Shown here in pieces: positions 7,718 through 18,429 of a DNA stretch of 61,950 nucleotides. Position 1 is the first letter of the stretch; the number at the start of each line of letters is the position of its first letter. Below the pieces are notes generated by a model. It did no database searches, was not told the origin of the DNA, and was given only the letters and a program-made list of their open reading frames with translations. Made by a program: the position numbers and the translations under genes. Source of the stretch: Mageeibacillus sp. UBA1212 (GTDB lineage: Bacteria; Bacillota; Clostridia; UBA1212); NCBI GenBank assembly GCA_002309655.1, contig DBXM01000028.1:1-61950 (forward strand), in the 5' to 3' direction.

Positions 7718-8926
7718 TCACATCTCACACTCAGATTTTTTCGTTTCGATTGCCTCAATTATCCACGCGATCATAAAGCCCGCGATAAACCCGCCGAAAT
7801 GCGCGAAGTTGTTCACGTTCCCGCCCGCCGCGATTATCCCGTAAAATAGGTTAAAAACGACGATTCCCGCGAGAGAGGCGTAGTTTCCCGCCCTTCTGTA
7901 ATACTGCCTGTTGCGGCTCAGCGTTATCAGGAATATCATCGCGCCGCCGAGGCCCATTATCGCGCCGGACGCTCCGAGCGACAGCGCGTTCCCGAGGAAG
8001 AAGAACGAGAGCAGATTGCCCGCGAAACCGCTGATGAAGTAGATCGCCAGGAACTCGAGCTTCGTGTAGTTTTTCGACACGACCCTGCCCAGGTAGAGCA
8101 GCGACATCATGTTCCCGAGAATGTGCGCAAAACCGCCGTGAAGGAACATCGGCGTAAAAAGCCGCCACCACTGCCCCTGCCTGATAAGCTCGTTGTCCTG
8201 GATGCCCCAGGTCTGCAGGAGGTAGTAGCCGTTCTTTATGAGGCTGTACTCGTCGTAAATGAACGCCGCGACGCAGAGGCCGATCAGGATGTACACTATA
8301 ATCATGTTCGATGACCCGAAATCGCGAACGTTGAAAAACTTTTCGCTGCGGCCGCCGCCCGAATCCGCGTTTCCGGCGCCGGTTTCGTCGTAACCGGTCG
8401 TGTTTTCGCGTCTTATCTGAGGCTGGGTCAGATTCTGATACCGCGCCTGATCCGTTCCGGTCCCTTCGAAAGCGGCGGATTGAGCGGCTACCTTTTGCAG
8501 CGCGTTTATGACCTGCCTGTCTGCCGCTGAACCGCCACCGATGTTGGAGACCGTTCCCGTTCTTAAATCGACCGCCTCGAACTCGCAGACAACGCCCTGC
8601 TTGCGCAGATATATATAAAGGTCGTAGATCGTTCTTCTTGCGCCGCCGGCTGATGATTCGTCGGCAAAAGCCCCTTCGGCGTCGAGCAGCACGAACAAAA
8701 ATCCGGCGTACCTCGCATAGGAGTTCGCGCCGAAGCCCTTGAACCGCTCCCGCGTTATCTGCGAATAGGACTCCGCGTTGGCCGCCGTGACAGCCGGAAA
8801 CTGCACGTAAACGCCGGTGCCCCCTCTTCCGTTTCTGACAAAAGAACTGCCCTCTCCGGTGTATGTAAATCCCAGAGAAAGCAGTTCGTTACCGATTGCG
8901 TTAACGGCGTCGTTGCATGAAAACAT
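7718..8926 (-). CDS. Rhomboid family intramembrane serine protease with soluble N-terminal domain
   Basis: WWRLFTPMFLH, H..GNM, GASGA, AHFGG. Confidence 0.92.
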   Translation of the reverse strand: MFSCNDAVNAIGNELLSLGFTYTGEGSSFVRNGRGGTGVYVQFPAVTAANAESYSQITRERFKGFGANSYARYAGFLFVLLDAEGAFADESSAGGARRTIYDLYIYLRKQGVVCEFEAVDLRTGTVSNIGGGSAADRQVINALQKVAAQSAAFEGTGTDQARYQNLTQPQIRRENTTGYDETGAGNADSGGGRSEKFFNVRDFGSSNMIIVYILIGLCVAAFIYDEYSLIKNGYYLLQTWGIQDNELIRQGQWWRLFTPMFLHGGFAHILGNMMSLLYLGRVVSKNYTKLEFLAIYFISGFAGNLLSFFFLGNALSLGASGAIMGLGGAMIFLITLSRNRQYYRRAGNYASLAGIVVFNLFYGIIAAGGNVNNFAHFGGFIAGFMIAWIIEAIETKKSECEM

Positions 8927-8930
8927 CAAA

Positions 8931-9455
8931 TCAGCCCTTCTTGTTGCCGGACCCTCCGCGTTTGTTTTCGGTCTGGTGCTTGACGTCCACCAGCCTCGCC
9001 TCGGAGTCCTTCATATACTTTTTGAGGCGCTCCTCAAAGGTGCCGTCAGGTTTGCGCTCCCTGAGCGGCTCGTCCGGCGGTCCGAGAATCAGCCTGCGTT
9101 CGGCCTCTTCGTTACGCTTCTTGATGGCCTCCCTTTCCTCTTCCCGCTTCTTCGCCTTCAGCGCTTTGTTATCGTTTTTGTTCTTTTCGGTGTCGGTCCT
9201 TTGAAGGCGCGGAAGAACGACGCCCGCCTGCCTGACCGAAAGCCGTTTTTTGTTCTGGTCGCGCTCCGAGAGGATCGCCACCGTGACTTCCATGCCGACA
9301 GCCAGATAATCCTGAACGTTATAAACGTAGTCGTCGGAAACCTCTGATATGTGAATAAGCCCGCGGCTTCCGTCATCAAACTTAACGATTGCGCCGAAAG
9401 AAATTATTTCGGTCACTTTTCCGTGTGCGATTTTAATATCGTTTTTGTCTTCCAT
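8931..9455 (-). CDS. S1 RNA-binding domain protein (YabR-like)
   Basis: GKVTEI..FGA.V....GLIHISEV; C-terminal FEERLKKYMKDS; follows the divIC-like gene. Confidence 0.85.
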   Translation of the reverse strand: MEDKNDIKIAHGKVTEIISFGAIVKFDDGSRGLIHISEVSDDYVYNVQDYLAVGMEVTVAILSERDQNKKRLSVRQAGVVLPRLQRTDTEKNKNDNKALKAKKREEEREAIKKRNEEAERRLILGPPDEPLRERKPDGTFEERLKKYMKDSEARLVDVKHQTENKRGGSGNKKG

Positions 9456-9559
9456 AAAACACTCTACGGAATAAAGTCATAATACACATATTTCAAAAAA
9501 GATCCACTTGCCTTAAAAATCAAAATTGAATATTGATACAGAAGAATCGGCATAAGACA

Positions 9560-9826
9560 TCAGCCGTAAATGAACACAATTTCTCCGTTATAGACGTACC
9601 CCGCACCTCTGGCCAGATCTTCATCGGAGGTGTATGTATTTCCGATAGCCTTCCCGTTCTCAAAATCTTCGCGCTCACCGGCAATCTCTTCGGACTCCGC
9701 AACGGCGGCCTTGTACTGCTCGACTTTGTCGTTCAGCGTGGACTGCTGCTTCACAATAACGACGACAAGGGCAATCATTATTACCAGGAATATGAGGTTT
9801 CGGAAATTAAAAATCTTCTTTAGCAT
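9560..9826 (-). CDS. Septum formation initiator family (FtsB/DivIC-like)
   Basis: Short TM, coiled coil, ARGAGYVYNGEIVF tail; context before the S1 gene. Confidence 0.65.
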   Translation of the reverse strand: MLKKIFNFRNLIFLVIMIALVVVIVKQQSTLNDKVEQYKAAVAESEEIAGEREDFENGKAIGNTYTSDEDLARGAGYVYNGEIVFIYG

Positions 9827-10050
9827 GGCGGCACTTTCTCGTAAAAGAAATATGTGAAAGAATTGTAGCATATTTCTATCATCATGTAAAGCGGCAATTA
9901 CTCATTTTCATCGCAATTTCCGCGCAAATACGCATGTAATACGCCTGAAAATGTCTAAAAACCGGGGCGAAAATGCAACGCGCAACATCCGCGGGCGTGA
10001 ATGGGCCAAAACCGGGAATGATTTGCCGCCTTCAGCTTCCTTTGAGTGAT

Positions 10051-10098
10051 AAAAAAAGAAGAAGCGGCCCGCGCAGTTTTGAGTTTCACGCGGGCCGC
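10051..10098 (-). terminator. Rho-independent terminator of ftsH
   Basis: gcggcccgcg...cgcgggccgc stem followed by a T tract on the minus strand. Confidence 0.75.
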
Positions 10099-10145
10099 GA
10101 CATCGTTGTGGAATCGTCCGGAGGAACGTCATTCCTCCGTTCTTC

Positions 10146-12008
10146 TTATTTTCCTTCCTTCGGCGGCTCGAGGTCGATTCCCCGCTCCTTGAGAAGCTCC
10201 GCGAACTCCTTCCCGGAAATGTTCTCCCTCTCAATAAGAACGGCCGCCAGCGAGTCGAGCACCTCTTTGTTCGACCGGAGAATCTCAACCGCCTTCCGGT
10301 AGCACTCCGACGTTATCGACCTGATTTCGGCGTCGATCTCACGCGCGGTCTCGTCCGAGCAGTCCGCGGTGCTTCCGTCGCCAAGGTAGAGCGACTGCCG
10401 CGAGTCAACGCTCACAAAGCCGAGAACGTCGCTCATTCCGTAGCGCGTAACCATCGCCCGCGCAAGCTGCGTGGCCTTCTCGATGTCGTTGGACGCGCCG
10501 GTCGTAATCTCGCCGAAGCTGATCTCCTCGGAAGCCCTTCCTCCTGCCAGAACGGTGATCTCGTCAAGCGCCTCCTGCTTCCCGAGAAGGTGCTTTTCCT
10601 CTTTCGGCGTCTGCATCGTGTACCCGAGCGCGCCGGAGGTTCTGGGAATGATCGTAATCTTGGAGACAGGCTCGGTGTGGGTGAGAAGCGCGGAAACAAG
10701 CGCGTGGCCGATCTCGTGGTACGCGACAACTCTGCGTTCACGCTCCGAAAGCACCGTGCTCTTCTTCTCTTCGCCGGCGATTACGACCTCGACCGCCTCG
10801 GAGAGTTCCTTCTGGGAGACACGTTCCTTTTTCGCCCTCACCGCGCGCAGAGCGGATTCGTTGATGATATTTTCCAGGTCCGCTCCCGAAGCGCCGGCGG
10901 TGGCAAGCGCGATTGCGTCAAAGTCAATGTCCTCGTCCATTTTGACGCCCCTCGCATGCACCTTGAGAATCGCTTTTCTTCCCTCCAAATCGGGAAGATC
11001 AACGATTACGCGCCTGTCGAACCTTCCCGGCCTCAGAAGCGCCTTGTCGAGCACTTCGGGGCGGTTGGTGGCGGCGAGAATCACGACGCCTTTCGAGGAG
11101 TCGAATCCGTCCATTTCAGCGAGAAGCTGGTTCAGTGTCTGTTCGCGTTCGTCGTTGCCGCCCAGGACCGTGTCTCTCGTCTTGCCGATCGCGTCGATCT
11201 CGTCGATGAAAACGATGCACGGCGCGTGTTCGACCGCCTGCTTGAACAGGTCTCTCACTCTGGAAGCGCCCACGCCGACGAACATCTCGACAAACTCGGA
11301 GCCCGAGAGCGAGAAGAAAGGCACCTTTGCCTCGCCTGCAACCGCCTTCGCGAGCAGCGTCTTACCCGTTCCCGGAGGTCCGACGAGAAGCGCGCCCTTC
11401 GGCAGCCTCGCGCCGATCTGTGTGTATTTCCCGGGATTTTCGAGAAAATCGACGATCTCCGTAAGCTGCATTTTCGCCTCGTCCTGGCCAGCGACGTCGT
11501 CGAAGGTCTTGCCGGTGGACTTTTCGCCGTAAATTTTGCTCGTGCTCTTCCCGATTGACAGGACGCCGCTGTTCATGCGCTTGGAGATGATCCTGAAAAC
11601 AATGAACAGAACGAGCCAGCTGCCGCCGAGCATCAGCACCAGATAGATAATGTCGGTCCAGATTCCGGTCTTGACTATCGGCGACCCGAAGTCGACGCCG
11701 TTCTCGATCAAAAGCTTGACTATGTTGTCGTCGTTCACCTGCAGCATTCCTGTGCGGTAGTAGACCGGCTTCTTGGCGTCAAGGTTCTTCGGTTCCACGG
11801 TTATGTACGCGTTCGAGATCTCGACCTTCGCGACCTCGCCGTTTTGGACCATCGTCAGGAACTCGCTGTAGGATATCTCCTTGTAGGTCGGGCGCGACGC
11901 GGAAGGTACCAGCCAGAACCAGAGCAGAAATACGACCGCCAGAATGATCACGTAGTAAACTATTACGGGCAGCTTGCCCTTCTTTTTGTCAGAAGATTTG
12001 TTGTCCAT
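10146..12008 (-). CDS. ftsH: ATP-dependent zinc metalloprotease FtsH
   Basis: Two TMs, [31 protein letters not shown]. Confidence 0.97.
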   Translation of the reverse strand: MDNKSSDKKKGKLPVIVYYVIILAVVFLLWFWLVPSASRPTYKEISYSEFLTMVQNGEVAKVEISNAYITVEPKNLDAKKPVYYRTGMLQVNDDNIVKLLIENGVDFGSPIVKTGIWTDIIYLVLMLGGSWLVLFIVFRIISKRMNSGVLSIGKSTSKIYGEKSTGKTFDDVAGQDEAKMQLTEIVDFLENPGKYTQIGARLPKGALLVGPPGTGKTLLAKAVAGEAKVPFFSLSGSEFVEMFVGVGASRVRDLFKQAVEHAPCIVFIDEIDAIGKTRDTVLGGNDEREQTLNQLLAEMDGFDSSKGVVILAATNRPEVLDKALLRPGRFDRRVIVDLPDLEGRKAILKVHARGVKMDEDIDFDAIALATAGASGADLENIINESALRAVRAKKERVSQKELSEAVEVVIAGEEKKSTVLSERERRVVAYHEIGHALVSALLTHTEPVSKITIIPRTSGALGYTMQTPKEEKHLLGKQEALDEITVLAGGRASEEISFGEITTGASNDIEKATQLARAMVTRYGMSDVLGFVSVDSRQSLYLGDGSTADCSDETAREIDAEIRSITSECYRKAVEILRSNKEVLDSLAAVLIERENISGKEFAELLKERGIDLEPPKEGK

Positions 12009-12221
12009 GAAGACTTCCCTCTTCAGTGCCTTTCGTTCGTTAATCAACGCGCGTTCTTTTGCTTTTACGAGCTTTTACGCGCGCCTGTATTATAACACAT
12101 TTTGTTAAAAATTCCTAAACAAACCGCGCATTTCGCTTGCAGAAAGCGTAAAAAACCGCCTCGCGGGCGGTTTTCTGCATTTAAAAGGTATTCTTTCCGC
12201 GTTTTAACGGGTCCTGCAGTG

Positions 12222-12965
12222 TTACTGATTTTCCCTGCCCGCGGTGTCGTCGATGATCTCGAGCCCCGCGATAGACACTTCGTACGCGATGCGCTGCTCC
12301 TCGGTGCCGTCGGGAAGCCTCTTCGTGTAGTAGCGGCTCTGGATGCGCCCCGAGATCCGGACGTGCTCGCCGACTTCGCGCTTCCCGCAGAAACGGGCGT
12401 TGCGGCCCCAGCAGATGCAGGGAATGTAGTCGGACTTGTTGTACATTCTGTTGACGGCCAGCAGGAGGTCCGCGATCTCACGCTTCAAGGGCGTCACGCG
12501 GAACACGGGCGGCTTGCAGATAAAACCGTCGAGAACGATCTCGTTCATGTCGAGCTTCAGCTGCATGTCGTCGGAGGTGTACTCCCACGGCTCGATCGTG
12601 CGCGCGTAGTCGCCGTCCTTCGACTCGAAAGACCTGGACATGCGTTCGATGTCGCCCTCTTCGTCAAAAAGAACGAGCTTTCTGGCGAAAACGGTCAGCT
12701 TCAGTTTGAAATGGTTCGCACCGGGAACGTTGTGGGACCGGAACTGCCCCTCAACAAAAATGCCCCTTCCGACGGTCAGCTGGTCCTTCGACGCAAGCCT
12801 GTCGGAAACCAAAACGGGCACATAGTCAGGACTTCCGCTGGTGCGCATGATCTTCACGGAAAATGAATAGAACCCCTCGCCGTAAGAAGCGTGGCTGAGT
12901 TCCGGCTCCGTTTCGATCCTGCCCGAAATTCTGGCTATGTTTTTTTCAGTCTGGGTGGAGTACAT
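12222..12965 (-). CDS. ssb: Single-stranded DNA-binding protein (two OB folds, clostridial type)
   Basis: Twice-repeated D(Y)xP...GxxxSxx pattern; KSDYIPCICWGRNA..GRIQSR. Confidence 0.88.
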   Translation of the reverse strand: MYSTQTEKNIARISGRIETEPELSHASYGEGFYSFSVKIMRTSGSPDYVPVLVSDRLASKDQLTVGRGIFVEGQFRSHNVPGANHFKLKLTVFARKLVLFDEEGDIERMSRSFESKDGDYARTIEPWEYTSDDMQLKLDMNEIVLDGFICKPPVFRVTPLKREIADLLLAVNRMYNKSDYIPCICWGRNARFCGKREVGEHVRISGRIQSRYYTKRLPDGTEEQRIAYEVSIAGLEIIDDTAGRENQ

Positions 12966-13148
12966 GAAGAAAAATCCCCCTTTTAGTAAAACACTATGCG
13001 ATTTTAGCACCTTTATTTCCAAATCGCAACAATATTTCAGTCGAAAAATGATGAAAAAACGGCGAAAGCAAGGCAAAAATGGGAAGTTGCGGCCTCAACC
13101 GCCGCCGGTTTCACGAGAAAACGCGGAAAAAGAACGGTTAATCCGGCT

Positions 13149-13631
13149 TCAGCGCATTCCCGGGAATCCCAGCTGCCGCATCGCCTCGTACACGACGACG
13201 GCAACGGAATTTGACAGATTCAGGGATCTGAAATTCGGGTCGTCATTCATCGGGATCCTGATTGCGCGGCCGTAATCACCGTAAATCAGGCTCTCGGGAA
13301 GGCCGCGCGTCTCCTTGCCGAACAGCAGAAAATCGCCGTCGCGGTAGGCGACATCTGTGTGCCGCACGCTCCCCTTCGTGGTAAGAAAGTACATTCCCGC
13401 GTCCGGGAAATTATCCTCTTTGTATTTCAGGAATTCTTCAAGACTGTCGTGAACCGTAATGTTGACGAAATGCCAGTAGTCCAGCCCCGCTCTTTTGACG
13501 TGCTTGTCGTCGACTGAAAAGCCGAGGGGCCTGACCAAATGAAGCTTCGCGCCCACGCTCCCGCAGGTGCGGGCGATATTTCCGGTGTTGGCCGGAATCT
13601 CCGGCTCAACGAGAACAACGTTTATCGACAT
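13149..13631 (-). CDS. trmL: tRNA (cytidine(34)-2'-O)-methyltransferase
   Basis: PEIPANTGNIARTC, KRAGLDYW, FGKETRGL, RSLNLSN. Confidence 0.95.
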   Translation of the reverse strand: MSINVVLVEPEIPANTGNIARTCGSVGAKLHLVRPLGFSVDDKHVKRAGLDYWHFVNITVHDSLEEFLKYKEDNFPDAGMYFLTTKGSVRHTDVAYRDGDFLLFGKETRGLPESLIYGDYGRAIRIPMNDDPNFRSLNLSNSVAVVVYEAMRQLGFPGMR

Positions 13632-13700
13632 ATATTTAAACCTCTTCCGTACCTCTCCCGATTGGTTTTATCGTTTGATTATTTAATATCCCGCGCCCGC

Positions 13701-14822
13701 TTATTTGGTGAGCGCCTCCGCGGCGGTAAAGACCACCTTCCACTGCGCAGCCACCGAATTCTCGGACATGTACTTCACGACGCAATCGGCCGGCTCGGTA
13801 GCCTTCACGCCCCGCGCAAACTCCTCGAACGTCTCGGTGCCGAGAATCTCGTACGGGTAGTACTCCGCGTTTTTCTCCGTGAAATACTTCCCGAGAACGC
13901 TGTCCGCCGGCATGTACACCTTTTTCAGCATATACAAAAGCTGCTCGATGTTGCCGAGCGCGATCTGCCTTTGCACCGCGAAAACGCCGACGTCCATTCC
14001 CCACAGGTACTTTATGTAGTCCTCGAGCTCCATCTGGTCCCGCAGAACGAACACTTTTTCCGCCGGGAACAGTTCGAGCGCTTTGTTTTCAACCACTTTT
14101 GCGTACTCCATATCACCGTATGTTAAGGGAATGTGCACCGCAATCTTCTCGTCCCGGTAGCGGGCGAGCTTTTCAAGGACCTCCGCGTGGAAGCAGTTCG
14201 GAGTGGCGGAGTGGCCCACCAGAACGTGAAGCAAACCGTCGCCTTCGGTCTTTTCCGGCTTCAAAGCTTCCGTTCTCTCAGCGTGAACCGCGCAGTAGCC
14301 CGCGTAAAGCACCGGCATTCTCTCGCCGAACTGGCGCTTTATGACCTCGCCGTCGGTCTCGAATATCGCAACCGTGCAGCTGACCGACCTCCGCCACTTC
14401 CCGCAGACCGCGTTGACGATTGCGTCGCGAAGCGGATGCCCGCCTTTTCTGCGCCACCCGTAAAGGTCCGCGCCCCACTCGACCCAGCAGGATTTCTTCA
14501 TGATTCCCGGCCTTGCGAGAAGCTTGGCCTGCGTGCGCCAGTTGAGCCCCATAGCGTGCCAGTAGACGTGCTCCGCCTTTTTCAAAAGCGCCAGGAACGC
14601 CTTAAAATCGCCGCGCTCCGCCTCCGGCATGAAAAGAACGTTCTTGAAGCCGGAAATTTTCTGCTGCGGGTTCGTCGGTTCGTCGATGCACACGAAAAAA
14701 TGGTCCTTCGGGTCGAAGCGCCTGTTCACCAGCGAAGTGAAGCTGTTGATCGTGGCGTAGTTGGATCCGTTCCAGACGTGAAGGTGTTTGATTTTTTCGG
14801 GAATTTCCGTGTTGCCGGCCAT
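13701..14822 (-). CDS. WecF-like (GT56) glycosyltransferase
   Basis: WGADLY, VGHSA...H, IPLTYG, RQIALGNI motifs. Confidence 0.75.
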   Translation of the reverse strand: MAGNTEIPEKIKHLHVWNGSNYATINSFTSLVNRRFDPKDHFFVCIDEPTNPQQKISGFKNVLFMPEAERGDFKAFLALLKKAEHVYWHAMGLNWRTQAKLLARPGIMKKSCWVEWGADLYGWRRKGGHPLRDAIVNAVCGKWRRSVSCTVAIFETDGEVIKRQFGERMPVLYAGYCAVHAERTEALKPEKTEGDGLLHVLVGHSATPNCFHAEVLEKLARYRDEKIAVHIPLTYGDMEYAKVVENKALELFPAEKVFVLRDQMELEDYIKYLWGMDVGVFAVQRQIALGNIEQLLYMLKKVYMPADSVLGKYFTEKNAEYYPYEILGTETFEEFARGVKATEPADCVVKYMSENSVAAQWKVVFTAAEALTK

Positions 14823-14851
14823 TTTCGTCTCCTGTTTTGTAATTGAAGCTT

Positions 14852-15268
14852 TTACTGAAGCGGGGGCTGCATTGACAGTCTCTCGTCCGTTATTCTGTCC
14901 AGGAACTCGTAGTCCGCGGGGCAGAAATTGTATTCCGGTATTTCGGCGGGCGTTATCCAGCGCATGTCGTTGTGCTCGAGAAGCAGGACCGCGCCGCTCT
15001 TTATAACCGACCTGAAAAGCGTTAGGTTGACGCGAAGGTCCGGGTACTCGTGGGAGGTCGTCTCCAGAACGTCCAGCGGCTCGATTTCGATTCCGAGTTC
15101 TTCGCGAATCTCCCTTGCCGCCGCCTGACGCAGCGTCTCGCCGTCTTCACGTTTTCCGCCAGGGAACTCCCACAGAAGCGCCCGTGCCTTACGCGGCGGC
15201 CGCTGGCATATCAGAAATTTCCCGCCGTCGACAATGATCGCCGCGGCCACTTCAACCGTCTTCTTCAT
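14852..15268 (-). CDS. MutT-like Nudix hydrolase
   Basis: WEFPGGK.E.GET...A.REIREELG Nudix box. Confidence 0.92.
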   Translation of the reverse strand: MKKTVEVAAAIIVDGGKFLICQRPPRKARALLWEFPGGKREDGETLRQAAAREIREELGIEIEPLDVLETTSHEYPDLRVNLTLFRSVIKSGAVLLLEHNDMRWITPAEIPEYNFCPADYEFLDRITDERLSMQPPLQ

Positions 15269-15274
15269 CCGCTG

Positions 15275-15862
15275 TCATTCCCCGCGTACGCCGCCCGAAA
15301 GGTACATCCCGTACCTCCGGTGATAGACGCTGCCCTCTTCCTTGAGCCACTTTCTCGCCGACTTGTGCCAGGGGCAGATTTTGTCTAAATCTCGGTAAAA
15401 AGCGGCGCCGTGATTCATGTTCTTCAGGTGACAGACCTCGTGGGCCGCGACCGCCTCCAGCACCTCTTCCGGCATGTCCGCCAGCAGAAAGTTGAAGTTC
15501 AGATTTCCGGCCGAAGAGCAGCTGCCCCACTTGGTTTTCTGGTATCTCACGGTGATGCGGTTGTACTTGACGCCGAGCGCCTCCGCGAACTTCGGAACAG
15601 CCGCAGAAAGCTTCTCGCGCGCAACCTTTTTCAGCCGCTTTATATCCTCCTCCGTGTACGCTCCGAGCCGCTCCGCCTCCCTTGCGACAAGCTTTTCGCT
15701 CTCACGCCGGCGCTCAATGAACCGCGCGTTGGACGCCACGAATTCGTCCACCGTTCTTTTCGGGACCCACAAAGGCGCCACGACGACGGCCCTGCCTTCC
15801 TCGTCTATTTTCAGGCTGAGCCTCCGCCTGCCCGCTTTTCTGATCAGTAAATAGTCGTCCAT
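15275..15862 (-). CDS. YgjP/DUF45-like zinc metallo-hydrolase (M48-like)
   Basis: KWGSCS, HEVCH..MNH. Confidence 0.88.
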   Translation of the reverse strand: MDDYLLIRKAGRRRLSLKIDEEGRAVVVAPLWVPKRTVDEFVASNARFIERRRESEKLVAREAERLGAYTEEDIKRLKKVAREKLSAAVPKFAEALGVKYNRITVRYQKTKWGSCSSAGNLNFNFLLADMPEEVLEAVAAHEVCHLKNMNHGAAFYRDLDKICPWHKSARKWLKEEGSVYHRRYGMYLSGGVRGE

Positions 15863-16002
15863 CCGCACTCCCGCCGCGCATTTCAGGTCGCGAAACCTTG
15901 TGCTGCGTAGTATAACACACAGCCGCCGTTTTTGCAACTTGACAACCGCCCTTTGCGGGGCTAAAATGAAAAAAGACTCCTTAAAGGGAAAGGATTTTTA
16001 AC

Positions 16003-16806
16003 GTGAACGAAACCGGCGAACGGAACGGAATAAAGCACCCTCTTCAGTTTCTATCCTCTGCTGCCATCAAGCACATTGCGATAATCCTGATGATCGTGAA
16101 CCACGTCAGCGCGGCGTATTTCGACAACTTCGCGCCCGATTCGACCTCGTTCTGGTCGGAGGCGCACTGGTATTTCACCCGCGCGTCGTTCGTTCTGTTC
16201 ACGTTTCTGATTGCCGAGGGACTCGTCCACACGCGGAACCGGATGAGATACGTTCTCAACCTGACCTTCTTCGCGTTTCTCTCGGAGGTGCCCTACGACC
16301 TCTTCCGGTACGGGAAATTCTTCTCGTTCTCGCTCCAGAACGTCTTCTTCACGCTCGCGCTGGGCGCCCTCACCGTCACCGTGATCGACATGCTGCCGAA
16401 AAAACTCCGCTTCCTGTCGGGAACGGGCGTCGTCATTCTGGCGTGCGCGATCTCATTCCTGTTCAAGTTCGAATACTCCGTGCTCGGCGTGATTCTGATC
16501 GTTCTGATGTACTATTTCCGGGAAAAGTACATTCTGCGGCTCATTCTGTGCGGGCTGGCGCTTTATTTGATACCCCTCGCGAAGGGCGTGGCCTCGCACC
16601 TCTACTACAAGGACCTCTGGTACGTCGTGAAGTTCTACATGAAAAACTCGCTGCTCCAGTTTTCGGGAATAGCGGCGTTCATTCCGATCGCGTTCTACAG
16701 CGGCGAAAAGGGGCGCCAGCTGCCCAAGTACTTCTACTACGCGTTCTATCCGGTGCACATGCTGCTGATCGTGCTCGGGATCTATCTTATCAAACTCGTG
16801 ATGTAG
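16003..16806 (+). CDS. TraX family membrane protein
   Basis: K.IAI..M..NH, EG..HTRN..RY, SEVPYD, YSGEKG..KYFYYAFYP.H. Confidence 0.85.
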   Translation: MNETGERNGIKHPLQFLSSAAIKHIAIILMIVNHVSAAYFDNFAPDSTSFWSEAHWYFTRASFVLFTFLIAEGLVHTRNRMRYVLNLTFFAFLSEVPYDLFRYGKFFSFSLQNVFFTLALGALTVTVIDMLPKKLRFLSGTGVVILACAISFLFKFEYSVLGVILIVLMYYFREKYILRLILCGLALYLIPLAKGVASHLYYKDLWYVVKFYMKNSLLQFSGIAAFIPIAFYSGEKGRQLPKYFYYAFYPVHMLLIVLGIYLIKLVM

Positions 16807-16837
16807 CTTTCATCTATTCAAGAATGGTTCAAACCGC

Positions 16838-16873
16838 GAAAACGGACCGCGCTTTCAGGTGCGGTCCGTTTTC
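16838..16873. terminator. Bidirectional terminator
   Basis: gaaaacggaccgc...gcggtccgttttc between convergent genes. Confidence 0.75.
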
Positions 16874-16901
16874 TTACTATTGCTGAATTACAATACTTGC
16901 T

Positions 16902-17252
16902 TCAGTCCGCGAAATCGTAATCCTCCGCGTGAAGCTCCTTGAACAGCGCGTACACCGCGGCAAGCGCCTCTTCGTCATCGGTGCCGACGAACGTCTCCTC
17001 TTCGCTGTCGTCGTCGGACGGAATCGCCTTCAGAATGACCAGCGAGCCGTCGTCCTCTTCTTCATCCAGCGGATAGAGCACCGCGTAGTTCTCGCCCTCG
17101 TAGGGAATCATGTCGAGAAGCTGGAAGTCGAATCCGGCGCCGTCCTCGTCGTAGAGGGTCACCACGTCGTCCATATCCTCGTAGCCTTCGTCGTCTCCAA
17201 AAGGAAGATCCTCGTCTTCGATAGGCATAAACATCTCATTGTCCTTGTCCAT
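16902..17252 (-). CDS. DUF1292 domain protein
   Basis: Very acidic; VTLYDEDG...F..LD....G..YAVL. Confidence 0.85.
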   Translation of the reverse strand: MDKDNEMFMPIEDEDLPFGDDEGYEDMDDVVTLYDEDGAGFDFQLLDMIPYEGENYAVLYPLDEEEDDGSLVILKAIPSDDDSEEETFVGTDDEEALAAVYALFKELHAEDYDFAD

Positions 17253-17300
17253 TTTCGTATCCTTTCTTTTATCTAAAAATAGGTGAATTTTTGCTAATAC

Positions 17301-18422
17301 TCAGAAGTCTTCAGACTTCCTTTTCCCGAACAGAGGCCTCTTCCCTCTCGCGGTGGCCTCCTCGATCAGCTCGAAAATCCTCTCCGTGGCGTTGAAAAAC
17401 CCGGCGTCCTTCATTCTCGCGATATACGCCTCACGGTCCGCGTAAAGCCCCGAAAGCGCCGCCAGGAACTTCTCTGAGGTGAGTTCTTCCTCCTCCAGCT
17501 TCACCGCCAGCCCTCTCTTCTCGAAGGAGTTGGCGTTCAGGACCTGGTCGCCGCGGCTGGCCTGCTTCGAAAGCGGAATGATCAGCATGGGCTTTGCCAG
17601 CGCCGCAAATTCGTGAATGGAATTGGAACCGCCCCGCGTGACCACGACGTCGGTGGCTGCGAGAACGTCCGGCAGCTCCTTCCCGATGAATTCGTACTGC
17701 CTGTACGAGTCCGCAAAAGCTTTGGTCCGCTCCGAGTCTTCCACGTTGTCCTTGCCGCACATGTGCACGATGTCAAACTTTGCACACAGCGCTTCCAGAT
17801 TCCCGCGGATCGTCTCATTCACGAATCTGGCGCCCTTCGAGCCGCCCATGACCGCCAGCACAGGCTTTTCGCCGGCGAGCCCCAGGAACGAAAGCCCCCT
17901 CTCGCGGTCGCCCTCAAAAAGGTCCGCCCTGATCGGCGCACCCACGTAGAGGCCCTTGCCCTTTTCGATCATCGGCGCGGTCTCCGGGAACGTGGTCAGC
18001 ACCTTTTCAGCGGTCCTTGCGATGATGCGGTTGGCGAGGCCCGGGGTTATGTCGGACTCGTGGGTCAGCACCGGTATCCGCATACTCTTCGAGGAAGTCA
18101 CCAGCGGCAGCGCCACGTAGCCCCCCTTAGAGAATATCACGTCCGGCTTCACCTGCCTCAGGATCTTCTTGCACTCCACGTTTGCCTTCGCGACCTTGAA
18201 AACGTCCTTGATGTTGTCGGTGGAGTGGTACCTTCTCAGCTTGCCGGTGTCGATGCCGTGGTAAGTGACGTCCTGGTAGTCTGCGAGAATGTCCTTCTCG
18301 ATTCCGTTCTTGCCGCCCACGTAGTGGATCTCGTAGCCTTTTTCCCTAAGATAAGGCAAAAGCGCAATGTTCGGCATCACGTGTCCGGCAGTGCCGCCAC
18401 CCGTCAGAATTATCTTTTTCAT
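17301..18422 (-). CDS. murG: Undecaprenyl-PP-MurNAc-pentapeptide GlcNAc transferase
   Basis: TGGGTAGHV, KGGYV, HESD..PGLAN, GGSKGA, RGDQ..NA. Confidence 0.96.
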   Translation of the reverse strand: MKKIILTGGGTAGHVMPNIALLPYLREKGYEIHYVGGKNGIEKDILADYQDVTYHGIDTGKLRRYHSTDNIKDVFKVAKANVECKKILRQVKPDVIFSKGGYVALPLVTSSKSMRIPVLTHESDITPGLANRIIARTAEKVLTTFPETAPMIEKGKGLYVGAPIRADLFEGDRERGLSFLGLAGEKPVLAVMGGSKGARFVNETIRGNLEALCAKFDIVHMCGKDNVEDSERTKAFADSYRQYEFIGKELPDVLAATDVVVTRGGSNSIHEFAALAKPMLIIPLSKQASRGDQVLNANSFEKRGLAVKLEEEELTSEKFLAALSGLYADREAYIARMKDAGFFNATERIFELIEEATARGKRPLFGKRKSEDF

Positions 18423-18429
18423 ATGTGCC

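Noticed and set aside
12222-12965. Double-OB-fold SSB as a novelty
   Set aside because: Common architecture in Clostridia.
16003-16806. traX as evidence of a conjugative element
   Set aside because: No other tra/T4SS genes; standalone TraX-family genes are common on chromosomes.
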